Part shown: positions 28,700 through 38,911 of the stretch, one piece after another
How the letters are laid out: every line of letters begins with the position of its first letter
Numbering within the stretch: the first letter of the stretch is position 1
NCBI GenBank assembly: GCA_037132835.1
Contig: JBAHZW010000061.1
Coordinates: 2,561 to 66,560, forward strand
Source of the DNA: Colwellia sp.
GTDB lineage: Bacteria; Pseudomonadota; Gammaproteobacteria; Enterobacterales; Alteromonadaceae
Length of the DNA stretch: 64,000 nt
Reading direction: 5' to 3'
Made by a program: the position numbers and the translations under genes
Notes under the pieces: generated by a model
The model's database searches: none
What the model was told of the DNA's origin: nothing
Seen by the model: only the letters and a program-made list of their open reading frames with translations

Positions 28700-29470
28700 A
28701 TGAATAGTAGTGATTTATTTGATTTATCAGGCCGAGTCGCCTTAGTTACTGGCGCGAGTCGTGGCATTGGTGAAAGCATCGCCAAACTTCTAGCGCAATA
28801 TGGTGCTCATGTTATTGTTTCAAGTAGAAAAGTGGAAGCATGCCAAGCCGTTGTTGATCGCATTATCGAAGCAGGAGGAAGCGCACAGGCCATTGCCTGT
28901 CATATTGGTGACTTGACGCAAATAGAAGATATCTTCGCGGCCATTGCGACTCAACACGGTAAGCTTGATATTTTAGTCAACAATGCTGCCGCTAACCCTT
29001 ACTTTGGTCACATACTGGATACCGATTTAACGGCTTTTCAAAAAACAGTCGATGTAAATATTCGCGGCTACTTTTTTATGTCAATTCAAGGTGCAAAGCT
29101 GATGAAAGAAAATGGCGGCGGCTCCATTATTAACGTCGCTTCTATCAATGGTGTCACTCCGGGTGACCTTCAAGGCATTTATTCAATCACTAAAGCGGCG
29201 GTTATTTCAATGACCAAAGCCTTCGCAAAAGAATGTGCGCCCTTTCATATTCGCGCTAATGCTCTTTTACCTGGGGGAACGGACACTAAATTTGCTGCAA
29301 CCTTAGTCAATAACCCTGAAATTCTTGAGCAATTAATGCATCACGTGCCGATGAAGCGCGTTGCACAGCCCGATGAAATGGCGGGGACTGTGTTATATCT
29401 TGCTTCTGATGCGTCAAGTTACACCACAGGTACTGCCATTAATGTCGATGGTGGTTTTTTAATAGGGTAA
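28700..29470 (+). CDS. SDR oxidoreductase (DHRS4-like carbonyl reductase type)
   Basis: TGASRGIG, SSRK, NNAAANPYFG, YSITK. Confidence 0.9.
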   Translation: MNSSDLFDLSGRVALVTGASRGIGESIAKLLAQYGAHVIVSSRKVEACQAVVDRIIEAGGSAQAIACHIGDLTQIEDIFAAIATQHGKLDILVNNAAANPYFGHILDTDLTAFQKTVDVNIRGYFFMSIQGAKLMKENGGGSIINVASINGVTPGDLQGIYSITKAAVISMTKAFAKECAPFHIRANALLPGGTDTKFAATLVNNPEILEQLMHHVPMKRVAQPDEMAGTVLYLASDASSYTTGTAINVDGGFLIG

Positions 29471-29576
29471 AAATAAATCCGTTAGCGCGGCTCGTTAACT
29501 AAAGCATGATAATGCAGCAAAAATTCAGTCGTGCTAACCATGAATAAGTAATTGAAAACTACGAAGAGGAAATATT

Positions 29577-30692
29577 ATGAGCAGCAGACATGCAGATAAA
29601 TTGTTTGAGTCATTTTCAAGCGGCACTTTAACGTTAAAAAATCGTACGGTAATGGCGCCAATGACCCGTACTTTTTCACCTAATTATATACCGACTAAAG
29701 AAGTGGCTGAGTATTACCGCAAGCGTGCGGAAGGCAATGTCGGCTTAATTATTACTGAAGGCACATTTATTAACCATAAAGCCGCCAATGGTTATGAACG
29801 CGTGCCTGCTATTTATGGTGAGCAAGCACTCGCTGGTTGGAAGCATGTGGTTGATGAAGTACATGCCGCAGGCGGTAAAATTGCGCCACAGCTTTGGCAT
29901 GTCGGCTCAGTCAGAAAAACAGGCATAGGCCCTGATAAAGCGGTGCCAGCCTATAGCCCATCTGGATTATATAAACCGGGTGCTGAAAATGGTGTTGCCA
30001 TGACTCAAGCCGATATTGATGACGTTGTTGCGGCATTTGCTCAAGCGGCTTTAGATTCAAAAAATCTAGGTTTCGATGCGATTGAAGTCCATGGCGCTCA
30101 TGGCTACTTAATTGATCAATTTTTTTGGGAGGCCACCAATCAGCGTACCGATGGTTATGGTGGCTCGTTAGCAAAGCGTAGTCGTTTTGCCGTTGAAATT
30201 ATTCAAGCTATCCGCACCGCTGTAGGGGAGGATTTTCCTATTATTTTCAGATTTTCTCAGTGGAAGCAACAAGAATATACCGCAAAACTTTGTCAAACAC
30301 CTGAAGAGCTAACAACCTTTTTAACTTTATTAGTGGATGCCGGTGTTGATATTTTCCATGCCAGTACCCGACGTTTCTGGGTAGCTGAATTTTCGGGATC
30401 CGATCTTAATCTTGCTGGCTGGACAAAAAAAATCACTAAAAAGCCAGTGATCACTGTCGGCAGTGTTGGCTTAGATAGTGACTTTACGGGTGAAGGTAAT
30501 ATGGACTTATCAGGCTCGTCTAATCCAACCAATATCGATGGCTTGTTGCAGCGATTAAATAATGATGAATTTGATCTGGTCGCTATTGGTCGCGCTTTAT
30601 TAGTGGATGCCCACTGGGTCAATAAAATTCGAGACGGTAAAGAAGATGAAATTGCTCCCTTTACCAAAGCAGCACTGATGAACTTAAATTAG
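29577..30692 (+). CDS. NADH:flavin oxidoreductase / old yellow enzyme
   Basis: NRTVMAPMTR, GLIITEG, QLWHVG, EVHGAHGYLIDQF, GRALL. Confidence 0.92.
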   Translation: MSSRHADKLFESFSSGTLTLKNRTVMAPMTRTFSPNYIPTKEVAEYYRKRAEGNVGLIITEGTFINHKAANGYERVPAIYGEQALAGWKHVVDEVHAAGGKIAPQLWHVGSVRKTGIGPDKAVPAYSPSGLYKPGAENGVAMTQADIDDVVAAFAQAALDSKNLGFDAIEVHGAHGYLIDQFFWEATNQRTDGYGGSLAKRSRFAVEIIQAIRTAVGEDFPIIFRFSQWKQQEYTAKLCQTPEELTTFLTLLVDAGVDIFHASTRRFWVAEFSGSDLNLAGWTKKITKKPVITVGSVGLDSDFTGEGNMDLSGSSNPTNIDGLLQRLNNDEFDLVAIGRALLVDAHWVNKIRDGKEDEIAPFTKAALMNLN

Positions 30693-30760
30693 CCATTTAG
30701 CGTTTATCATTATATTAGGCTCGATTACTTCATCGTCGATAAGCGACTTAAGGACCCCCC

Positions 30761-31972
30761 ATGGATTTTGAATACAGTGACAAGGTTAATACGTTGATAA
30801 ATCGTGTAACTTCATTTATGGCAGTACATGTTTATCCGAACGAGCAAGCGATGCATGAGCAAGTCAGTGCCGATCCTTGGTCAACACCACCATTGATGGA
30901 AACCCTGAAAGCGAAAGCGAAAGCCCAAGGGTTATGGAATTTGTTCTTACCCGTAGCCTACGGAAAATATAGTGCTGGTCTGACTAATCTAGAATACGCA
31001 CCCTTAGCTGAAATTATGGGCAAGGTGATGTGGGCACCCGAAGTTTTTAACTGCGCAGCACCCGATACGGGCAACATGGAAGTATTAGCTAAATACGGCA
31101 GTGATCAGCAAAAAAAGAATTGGCTAGAGCCATTACTGGCAGGCACAATTCGTTCGGCGTTTGCCATGACAGAGCCAGAAGTGGCATCAAGTGACGCTAC
31201 CAATATCGAGCTCAGTATTAAACGTGATGGTGATGAATACGTCATTAATGGCCGAAAATTTTACATCAGTGGCGCTTGTCGTCAACAATGTGAAATTATG
31301 ATTGTGATGGGTAAAACCGACCCCGGCAATAGCAACCGTTATATTCAACAATCGCAAGTGTTAGTGCCAATGAATACGCTGGGGGTCACTAAAGTAAGAC
31401 CTATGCAGGTATTTGGTTATGCCGATGCACCTGAAGGCCATGCGGAAATCACTTTTGATAATGTGCGTGTTCCGCTTGAAAATATTATTGTCGCTGAAGG
31501 TAAAGGTTTTGAAATAGCACAAGGGCGCTTAGGCCCTGGACGCATTCATCACTGCATGCGCTCGGTGGGTGTGGCACAACGCGCGTTAGACTTGATGTGT
31601 AAACGCGTTAACGAACGCATTGTCTTTGGCCAGCCGATGATCAAACAGCAATCCATTCGCGAAGATATAGCTAAATCTGTGTGTCAAATTGAACAAGCAC
31701 GTTTAATGACACTGAAAGCTGCGCAAAAAATGGATACTGATGGCAACAAAGCGGCAAAAGAGTTGATTGCCATGATTAAAATTGTCGCGCCCAGTATGGC
31801 TCTTGATGTGATCGACCGAGCGATACAATGCCATGGAGCGCTCGGCGTCAGTCAAGATACTTTCTTAGCGCATGCTTATGCAGGACAGCGCACCTTACGC
31901 TTAGCCGATGGGCCAGACCAAGTGCATATGATGCAATTAGGCCGAGATTATGTGAAAAAAATCGTTAGTTAA
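30761..31972 (+). CDS. Acyl-CoA dehydrogenase of the ACAD10/11/LvaC type
   Basis: [59 protein letters not shown] (Asp at the catalytic position). Confidence 0.9.
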   Translation: MDFEYSDKVNTLINRVTSFMAVHVYPNEQAMHEQVSADPWSTPPLMETLKAKAKAQGLWNLFLPVAYGKYSAGLTNLEYAPLAEIMGKVMWAPEVFNCAAPDTGNMEVLAKYGSDQQKKNWLEPLLAGTIRSAFAMTEPEVASSDATNIELSIKRDGDEYVINGRKFYISGACRQQCEIMIVMGKTDPGNSNRYIQQSQVLVPMNTLGVTKVRPMQVFGYADAPEGHAEITFDNVRVPLENIIVAEGKGFEIAQGRLGPGRIHHCMRSVGVAQRALDLMCKRVNERIVFGQPMIKQQSIREDIAKSVCQIEQARLMTLKAAQKMDTDGNKAAKELIAMIKIVAPSMALDVIDRAIQCHGALGVSQDTFLAHAYAGQRTLRLADGPDQVHMMQLGRDYVKKIVS

Positions 31973-32066
31973 AATCACCATGTATCGTATCGCAAGTATC
32001 TATGGGTGAGTCATTATTAGGCTCACCAATAAATAAACAGAAAGACTGACTATATGAGTATAAGCA

Positions 32067-33101
32067 ATGTCATCAATACCACCTATTAACCTCGAGGTAT
32101 TAACCGCATACCTTGAAGCCAATGTAGCCAATTTTAAAGGACCTATGACACTGGTTAAATTTAGTGGCGGTCAGTCAAATCCGACCTTTAAAGTCACTGC
32201 GCGTTCAGGTCTCTATGTATTACGTAAGCAACCGCGGGGCAACTTATTAAAATCTGCCCATGCGGTTGACCGTGAATTTAAAGTGCTTAATGCCTTGAGA
32301 AATAGCAAAGTCCCAGTGGCAAAGGTCTATCATTTATGTGAAGACGTTAGCATTATTGGCTCAATGTTCTATTTAATGGAGTTTTGTGATGGCAATGTTT
32401 ATTGGAGTGCCGCTTTAGCTGAAATTAGCAGCAATGAACGTCGGGGCCAAATGTATGATGCCATGAATAAAACTCTGGTTGCTTTGCATAGTGTGGATGT
32501 CAATGCCGTCGGATTAAGTGACTTTGGTAAAGCGGGAAGCTACTTTGAACGGCAACTGGCTCGATGGACTCATCAATATCAAGTAACCCAATTACAACAA
32601 ATTTCTGCTATGGATGAATTAGCGAAATGGTTAGCAACGCACCTACCCGAGGATGATGGCCGAGTGTGTTTAGTGCATGGTGATTTTCGTTTAGACAATA
32701 TGATGTTTGATAAAAACAAACCAAAAATCATCGCTTTACTTGACTGGGAACTATCAACATTAGGGCATCCGTTTGCTGATTTAGCCTATCAATGTATGCA
32801 ATTGCGTATACCTTCGGATATGGGCAGTATTGATGGTTTACAAGGGGTAGACCGTGCCAGTGTAGGTATTCCAACCGAAGCCGACTATGTAGCTCGTTAC
32901 TGCCAACGGATGAATATTGACAAAATAGAACAGTGGACTTTTTATCTGGCATTTAGTTTTTTTAGACTGGCGGCAATAGCACAAGGCGTTGCTAAGCGTG
33001 CCATCGAAGGTAACGCATCCAATCATAATGCGAATAAAGTAGGCGCATTTGTTGAGCCTCTTGCTCAGATGGCTTTAGTGATGATCAATGAAGAAGGCTA
33101 A
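32067..33101 (+). CDS. APH/choline-kinase-like phosphotransferase, ACAD10/11 kinase-domain/LvaA type
   Basis: F.GGQSNPTF, LLKSAHAVDREF, HGDFRLDN, LDWELSTLGHP.ADLAY, FRLAAI.QGV. Confidence 0.92.
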   Translation: MSSIPPINLEVLTAYLEANVANFKGPMTLVKFSGGQSNPTFKVTARSGLYVLRKQPRGNLLKSAHAVDREFKVLNALRNSKVPVAKVYHLCEDVSIIGSMFYLMEFCDGNVYWSAALAEISSNERRGQMYDAMNKTLVALHSVDVNAVGLSDFGKAGSYFERQLARWTHQYQVTQLQQISAMDELAKWLATHLPEDDGRVCLVHGDFRLDNMMFDKNKPKIIALLDWELSTLGHPFADLAYQCMQLRIPSDMGSIDGLQGVDRASVGIPTEADYVARYCQRMNIDKIEQWTFYLAFSFFRLAAIAQGVAKRAIEGNASNHNANKVGAFVEPLAQMALVMINEEG

Positions 33102-33218
33102 CTGAATACGGCAATATAGCGATTAAATATTGGGTTAAGCCGTAGATAACCGATAAACACGGATACTAACAACAAGAATATTCACAATAATAGAAAAATA
33201 ATTTAGAGGAATTACCCC

Positions 33219-33980
33219 ATGGATCCATTATTAGATTTTACTGGCAAAGTTGCTGTTATCACTGGTGCGGCACAAGGCTTTGGCAAATTACTTGCCGAAG
33301 AATTAGCGCAACGAGGGGCAAAATTAGTTCTCAGTGATATTGATGAAGCGGCGGTGCAACAAGTGGCTGATGCTATTGCCGCGACAGGGGCTAAGGTTTT
33401 CGCTTTAAAATGTGATGTTGCGAAAAGTGACGACTGTAAAGCTATGGTTGATACTGCCATTGAGAAATTTGGGCAAGTTGATATCGGCGTCAATAATGCG
33501 GGTATGGCTCATACATTCTTACGGCTACATGAAATTGATGAAAGCTTAATGGATCAGCAATTTGCCGTTAATGTGAAAGGCGTGCAATTTTGTATGCGTC
33601 ATCAAATAGCGCAAATGTTAACACAAGGTGGCGGTAGTATCTTAAATGTGAGTTCAATGGCGGGTCTTTTCGGTGCTCCTCTCGCTTCAGCTTATGGCAT
33701 GGCAAAACATGCAGTAATTGGCCTAACTAAAACCGGGGCAGTTGAGTATGGTCGTCATAATATCCGTATTAATGCTATTTGTCCTTTCTTTACCTTAACC
33801 CAAATGGTTACCGATATAGCGGATGACAAGATGCAAGCAAAAATGAGTCAAGCGGTGCCGATGAAACGTTTAGCTGAGCCGAAAGAAGTTGTGGCGATGA
33901 TGCTGATGATGCTTTCGCCGAAAAACACCTATTTAACGGGTCAGTGCATTGCTATTGATGGCGGTGTCTCGGTAAGTTAA
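33219..33980 (+). CDS. SDR oxidoreductase
   Basis: TGAAQGFG, NNAG, YGMAK. Confidence 0.9.
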   Translation: MDPLLDFTGKVAVITGAAQGFGKLLAEELAQRGAKLVLSDIDEAAVQQVADAIAATGAKVFALKCDVAKSDDCKAMVDTAIEKFGQVDIGVNNAGMAHTFLRLHEIDESLMDQQFAVNVKGVQFCMRHQIAQMLTQGGGSILNVSSMAGLFGAPLASAYGMAKHAVIGLTKTGAVEYGRHNIRINAICPFFTLTQMVTDIADDKMQAKMSQAVPMKRLAEPKEVVAMMLMMLSPKNTYLTGQCIAIDGGVSVS

Positions 33981-34043
33981 TCCTAGTTTATTAATAATAT
34001 TGCCTCAATTAAATCAGTCTCAAATAAAACAATAGGAACAAGC

Positions 34044-35849
34044 ATGCCAGCACCTTTAATGAATGAACGCGATCTTGAATTTATGCTTTACGAATTGTTT
34101 GATAGTGAATCACTTATTGATCGAGCGCGTTATCAAGATCACGATCGCCAAACCTTTAATGAAGTAATGACTACCGCAAAGACCATTGCAGAAAAACACT
34201 TTCTGCCTATTCGGCAAAAACTGGATAGCCATCAACCTACCTTTGATGGTAAAAATGTGCACTTAATTCCAGAGCTGAAATCGGCAATTATGGCTGTTAT
34301 TGAGTCAGGTCTTAGCTCTGCTGTAGCAGATTACCACTTGTCAGGCATGCAACTACCACCGATTATTGCCAGTGCTGCGGGTGCTTACCTCACCGTAGCG
34401 GGCGGTGTCGGGCTTGGCTACAATATGTTAACCACGGCAAATGCCAACTTGTTGCAAGCGCATGCTAGTGATGAATTAATAGAAACTTGGGTAAAACCTA
34501 TGCGTGCAGGACGCTTTATGGGCACCATGGCGATGACTGAACCGGGTAGTGGCTCGGGTTTAGGGGACTTAACCACTAAAGCGATAAATCATAATGACGG
34601 TACTTACCGTATTTCGGGGAATAAAATATTTATTTCGGGCGGCGACCATGATCTCAGTGAGAATATCGTCCACCTAGTGCTGGCACGGGTAAAAGGCGCG
34701 CCTAAAGGAATAAAAGGCTTGTCACTTTTTGTCGTACCTAAATATTTACTGAATAATGACGGCTCTATTGGCGCAGAGAATGAAGTAGCCCTTGCTGGCC
34801 TGTTTCACAAAATGGGTGGTCGGGCACAAACCTCGACCGCATTAAGTTTTGGTGAAAAAAATGGCTCCGTCGGTTACTTGGTGGGTCAAGAAAATCACGG
34901 CCTAAAATACATGTTTCATATGATGAATGAAGCACGCATTATGGTCGGTACCAGTGGCGCGGTATTGGCGGTAGCGGGTTATCAATATTCGCTTGATTAT
35001 GCGAAAAACAGGCCACAAGGTCGCTTACCTTCGTGTAAAGACCCACTTTCACCTATGGTTAATATTATTGAGCACGCCGATGTTCGCCGGATGTTGTTAG
35101 CGCAAAAGTCGTATGCGGAAGGCGCGCTAGCCTTAGTATTATATGGCAGCCAGTTAAGTGATGATGAACATACTTTACCTACTGCAGAGCAACGACAATA
35201 CGCCCATACCTTATTAGATTTTTTAACGCCAATCATTAAAAGTTGGCCTGCAGAATATGGCCCTAAAGCCAATGACTTTGCTATTCAAGTCTTGGCAGGT
35301 CATGGCTACATAGACGAACATCCAGTTGAAATGTTTTATCGTGATAATCGATTAAACGCCATCCATGAAGGCACTACCGGTATTCAATCATTAGATCTTA
35401 TTACCCGTAAAGTGCCAATGAATAATATGCAAGGCTACACAGCGACGCTAAACGAGATCAGTAAAACCCTTGAAGCGGCTAAGCAATACCCCAGCTTAAG
35501 CGAATTTGTTGAACACTTAACCGCGGCGACCGAGACCTTAAAGTTAACTACAACGGCGGTATTAACGGCAATGTCGACCAAAAATATTGATTTAGCCTTA
35601 GCCAATTCAGTCAAGTACTTAGCGCTTTTTGGTCACGTGATAATTGCGTGGTTATGGCTAAAACAAGGCTTGGTTGCGACCCGCGCTTTAGCGGAGCAAC
35701 CTCATCAAGACGATGAAAATTTCTACCAAGGTAAGTTACAAGCACTACAATATTTTTATCGTTTTGAATTGCCACATATAGCCGTCTGGTCAAAGCTGTT
35801 AATCACGATGGATAGCACCAGTTTTGCGATGAAAACCGAGTTCTTTTAA
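34044..35849 (+). CDS. Long-form acyl-CoA dehydrogenase
   Basis: GTMAMTEPGSGSGL, KIFISGG, MFHMMNEAR, RDNRLNAIHEGTTGIQ (Glu base). Confidence 0.92.
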   Translation: MPAPLMNERDLEFMLYELFDSESLIDRARYQDHDRQTFNEVMTTAKTIAEKHFLPIRQKLDSHQPTFDGKNVHLIPELKSAIMAVIESGLSSAVADYHLSGMQLPPIIASAAGAYLTVAGGVGLGYNMLTTANANLLQAHASDELIETWVKPMRAGRFMGTMAMTEPGSGSGLGDLTTKAINHNDGTYRISGNKIFISGGDHDLSENIVHLVLARVKGAPKGIKGLSLFVVPKYLLNNDGSIGAENEVALAGLFHKMGGRAQTSTALSFGEKNGSVGYLVGQENHGLKYMFHMMNEARIMVGTSGAVLAVAGYQYSLDYAKNRPQGRLPSCKDPLSPMVNIIEHADVRRMLLAQKSYAEGALALVLYGSQLSDDEHTLPTAEQRQYAHTLLDFLTPIIKSWPAEYGPKANDFAIQVLAGHGYIDEHPVEMFYRDNRLNAIHEGTTGIQSLDLITRKVPMNNMQGYTATLNEISKTLEAAKQYPSLSEFVEHLTAATETLKLTTTAVLTAMSTKNIDLALANSVKYLALFGHVIIAWLWLKQGLVATRALAEQPHQDDENFYQGKLQALQYFYRFELPHIAVWSKLLITMDSTSFAMKTEFF

Positions 35850-35902
35850 CGTTTACGAGGGTTAAAAATAAATAGAGCAAGGTAAATTGCTCCTTTTTAT
35901 TT

Positions 35903-35937
35903 AGCATTACCAATGATGATTGGTAATGTTTTTTTTT
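35903..35937 (+). terminator. Intrinsic terminator ending lipid operon 1
   Basis: GCATTACCAAT-GATG-ATTGGTAATGT followed by a T run. Confidence 0.8.
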
Positions 35938-35998
35938 GCTAAAATAGCCATGTTAGACATACTTATCCCCTAGCTAAGGGGATTCGTTTATCAAAACC

Positions 35999-36069
35999 AA
36001 CTATTCGTTTAGCAAATAGTTAGGTATCAAAACTATTCATTTGTTTAATTGTTACGGTCAGCTTAGCAT
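35999..36069 (+). promoter_or_regulatory. Putative LysR operator plus sigma70 promoter of lipid operon 2
   Basis: AACTATTC-N7-AAATAGTT, identical 20-mer AACTATTCATTTGTTTAATT at +32, TTGTTT-17-TAGCAT. Confidence 0.75.
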
Positions 36070-36132
36070 AGATTAGTGTGTAAATTTCATGCATAGCGGG
36101 TGCTAGCAACAGCACCAACAGAGGAGGAAATA

Positions 36133-36594
36133 ATGCCGACTATAATTAATAGAAAGGATATTGCGGATGTAATCGGTTTTCAAGCACCACCAACTGATTG
36201 GCATCAAATAGTACAAGCGCAAATAAATCAATTTGCCGATTGCACCCTTGATCATCAATTCATGCATGTAGATGAAAAAAAAGCGCAAGCGACAGATTTT
36301 GGCTCCACCATAGCCCACGGTTTCTTAACTTTATCAATGTTGTCTCATTTTGCTGAAAATTTTAGTGTCATCATTGATGGCTTTTATATGGGTCTCAATG
36401 CGGGTTTCGATAAAATCAGGTTTTTACAGCCAGTAACGGTCAATAGCCGTATTCGTGCACATGCCAAAATAGTCGCTATTGAAGAGAAAAAACCAGGGCA
36501 ATTTCGCCTATGTACTGAAGTCTCTATTGAAATTGAAGGTTGTGATACCCCCGCACTCGTTGCCGAGTGGATTTCAGTACAAATGGTTAAATAA
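36133..36594 (+). CDS. MaoC-family (R)-specific enoyl-CoA hydratase
   Basis: FAD.T.DHQFMHVD, TIAHGFLTLS, DKIRF; ATG at 36133 with GAGGAGG RBS. Confidence 0.88.
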   Translation: MPTIINRKDIADVIGFQAPPTDWHQIVQAQINQFADCTLDHQFMHVDEKKAQATDFGSTIAHGFLTLSMLSHFAENFSVIIDGFYMGLNAGFDKIRFLQPVTVNSRIRAHAKIVAIEEKKPGQFRLCTEVSIEIEGCDTPALVAEWISVQMVK

Positions 36595-36653
36595 CACTCT
36601 CTTATATACGGATTGATATAAACAGAATAACTAAAGAAATTAAGGAAATAAAG

Positions 36654-37574
36654 ATGACAATAAGTTTTACTGGAAAAGTCGCCATCGTCACAGGCGCGGG
36701 TAACGGGTTAGGGCGTTCTCATGCCTTAGAATTAGCAAAACGCGGTGCAAAAGTGGTGGTGAATGACTTAGGGGGTACACGCGATGGCAGTGGTGCATCA
36801 AGTGAAGCATCACAAAAAGTGGTGCGTTTAATTGAAGCCATGGGCGGAGAAGCGATAAGTCATGGCGCTAATGTTGCTAATTTTGATGAAGTGCAAGATA
36901 TGGTGCAGCAGACCTTGGATAAATGGGGTCGCGTTGATATTTTGGTTAATAATGCGGGTATTTTACGTGATAAATCCTTTTCAAAAATGACACTCGAAGA
37001 TTTTAAATTGGTGATGGATGTCCATGTGATGGGCACGGTTAACTGTACCAAAGCTGTTTGGGACATTATGCGTGAGCAAAATTATGGTCGTATTGTGATG
37101 ACCACGTCTTCAAGTGGTATGTACGGTAACTTTGGTCAGTCAAACTATGGTGCAGCGAAAATGGCTGTCATTGGCTTAATGAACACCTTAGTACTCGAGG
37201 GTGCTAAAAATAATATTAACATTAATGCACTTGCGCCCACAGCGGGCACAAGGATGACCGAAGGGTTAATGCCAGAAGAAATCATCAAGGCTTTTTCCCC
37301 AGAAGCAGTAACCGCAGGGTTGTTGACCTTATGCGATGAAGACGCGCCTAATCGCTTTATTTTATGCGCCGGTGCTGGTGGTTATTCAAGTGCCCGTATT
37401 TTTGAAACCGAAGGTTGTTTTATCCCAACGGCTGAGCAAAGTCCTGAGACTGTGCGTGAGCATTGGCCTGAACTTATCGCTTTAGACAACCAATCGTCTT
37501 TAGCCTCAGGCGCTAAGCAAGGTGAAAAATTTGTCATGAAGGCCATGGCTTTTATGAAATCACAGCATCAGTAA
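36654..37574 (+). CDS. MFE-2/HSD17B4-like 3-hydroxyacyl-CoA dehydrogenase (SDR)
   Basis: TGAGNGLG, VVVNDLGG, NNAGILRD, GNFGQSNYGAAK, APTAGTRMT. Confidence 0.88.
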   Translation: MTISFTGKVAIVTGAGNGLGRSHALELAKRGAKVVVNDLGGTRDGSGASSEASQKVVRLIEAMGGEAISHGANVANFDEVQDMVQQTLDKWGRVDILVNNAGILRDKSFSKMTLEDFKLVMDVHVMGTVNCTKAVWDIMREQNYGRIVMTTSSSGMYGNFGQSNYGAAKMAVIGLMNTLVLEGAKNNININALAPTAGTRMTEGLMPEEIIKAFSPEAVTAGLLTLCDEDAPNRFILCAGAGGYSSARIFETEGCFIPTAEQSPETVREHWPELIALDNQSSLASGAKQGEKFVMKAMAFMKSQHQ

Positions 37575-37640
37575 TACCAATAAAAATAGCAACAATAAAC
37601 AAAGCATAACCAATAAAATAATTAAGTATGAGGAATTGTC

Positions 37641-38822
37641 ATGAGAGAAGCCGTCATTGTATCAGCCGCCCGCACCCCTATTGGTAAAGCGTACCGAGGA
37701 GCCTTTAATGATTTATCGGCACCCACCTTAGCTGCCGTTGCGGTAAAGGCTGCAGTCGCGAGAGCTGGAATTGATGCCAGTGAAATTGAAGATTGTATTT
37801 TTGGTGCCGCCTTAACACAAGGTAATCAAGGTATGAACTTTGGCCGTCAGGTAGCCATGGCGGCAGAGCTTCCTGTCTGTGTACCAGGCATGACCATTGA
37901 TCGTCAGTGTTCGTCAGGTCTTATGTCTATTGCGAGTGCGGCTAAACATATTATTTGTGATGGTGCGCAGGTAGTGGTAGCCGGTGGTTGTGATTCCATC
38001 AGTTTAGTGCAAAATGATAAAATGAATATGCACCGTACAGTTGATCCCAGTGTTGAAGCTTACCGCCCAGCTACCTATATGCCCATGCTTGATACCGCAG
38101 AAGTGGTTGCTAATCGTTATAATATTTCACGCGCTGCACAGGATGCTTATGCATTAAAATCTCAGCAACGTACTGCAATAGCGCAAGCGGCAGGTAAGTT
38201 TGATGACGAAATTGTGCCAGTCACCTGCACTAAACTGTTAATGGACAAAGTCACCGGTGAGATCAGTAAGGATCAGGTGACTTTAGCTAAAGATGAAGGT
38301 AATCGCCCATCAACCAATCTAAAGGGCTTGTCAGCTTTAAAGACCGTGAAAGAGGATGGCTCAATTACTGGTGGTAATGCCTCGCAATTATCTGATGGAG
38401 CAGCTGCCGTGGTACTCATGGAACGTGAGCTAGCCGAGCAGCGGGGGTTAACGCCACTTGGTGCTTATCGTGGCTTAGTGGTTACCGGTTGTGAGCCAGA
38501 TGAAATGGGCATTGGTCCAATATATGCCATCCCTAAACTGCTTGAACGTCATGGTTTAACCATGGATGATATTGGTTTATGGGAAATAAACGAAGCGTTT
38601 GCGGTACAGGTACTTTATTGTGCTGACAAGCTGGGCATTCCAGAAGATCGCTTAAATGTAAACGGCGGCGCTATTTCAATTGGTCATCCTTATGGTATGA
38701 GTGGTACACGCATGGTAATGCATGCTTTAATTGAAGGGAAACGTCGCGGCATTAAATATGTGGTGATCAGTATGTGTATAGGCGGAGGACAAGGGGCTGC
38801 AGGTTTGTTTGAAGTGTTATGA
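37641..38822 (+). CDS. Acetyl-CoA C-acyltransferase (thiolase)
   Basis: [33 protein letters not shown]. Confidence 0.95.
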   Translation: MREAVIVSAARTPIGKAYRGAFNDLSAPTLAAVAVKAAVARAGIDASEIEDCIFGAALTQGNQGMNFGRQVAMAAELPVCVPGMTIDRQCSSGLMSIASAAKHIICDGAQVVVAGGCDSISLVQNDKMNMHRTVDPSVEAYRPATYMPMLDTAEVVANRYNISRAAQDAYALKSQQRTAIAQAAGKFDDEIVPVTCTKLLMDKVTGEISKDQVTLAKDEGNRPSTNLKGLSALKTVKEDGSITGGNASQLSDGAAAVVLMERELAEQRGLTPLGAYRGLVVTGCEPDEMGIGPIYAIPKLLERHGLTMDDIGLWEINEAFAVQVLYCADKLGIPEDRLNVNGGAISIGHPYGMSGTRMVMHALIEGKRRGIKYVVISMCIGGGQGAAGLFEVL

Positions 38823-38911
38823 AAGGCAAGTTATCATCCAATAGATATAAAGATTAAATAATAATAAATCAGCGACTAGATGGCTGTTTTGTCGTTGGAA
38901 ATGAGGAGAGT

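Noticed and set aside
32067-33101. Aminoglycoside resistance kinase
   Set aside because: Motifs and context match the ACAD10/11-LvaA metabolic subfamily
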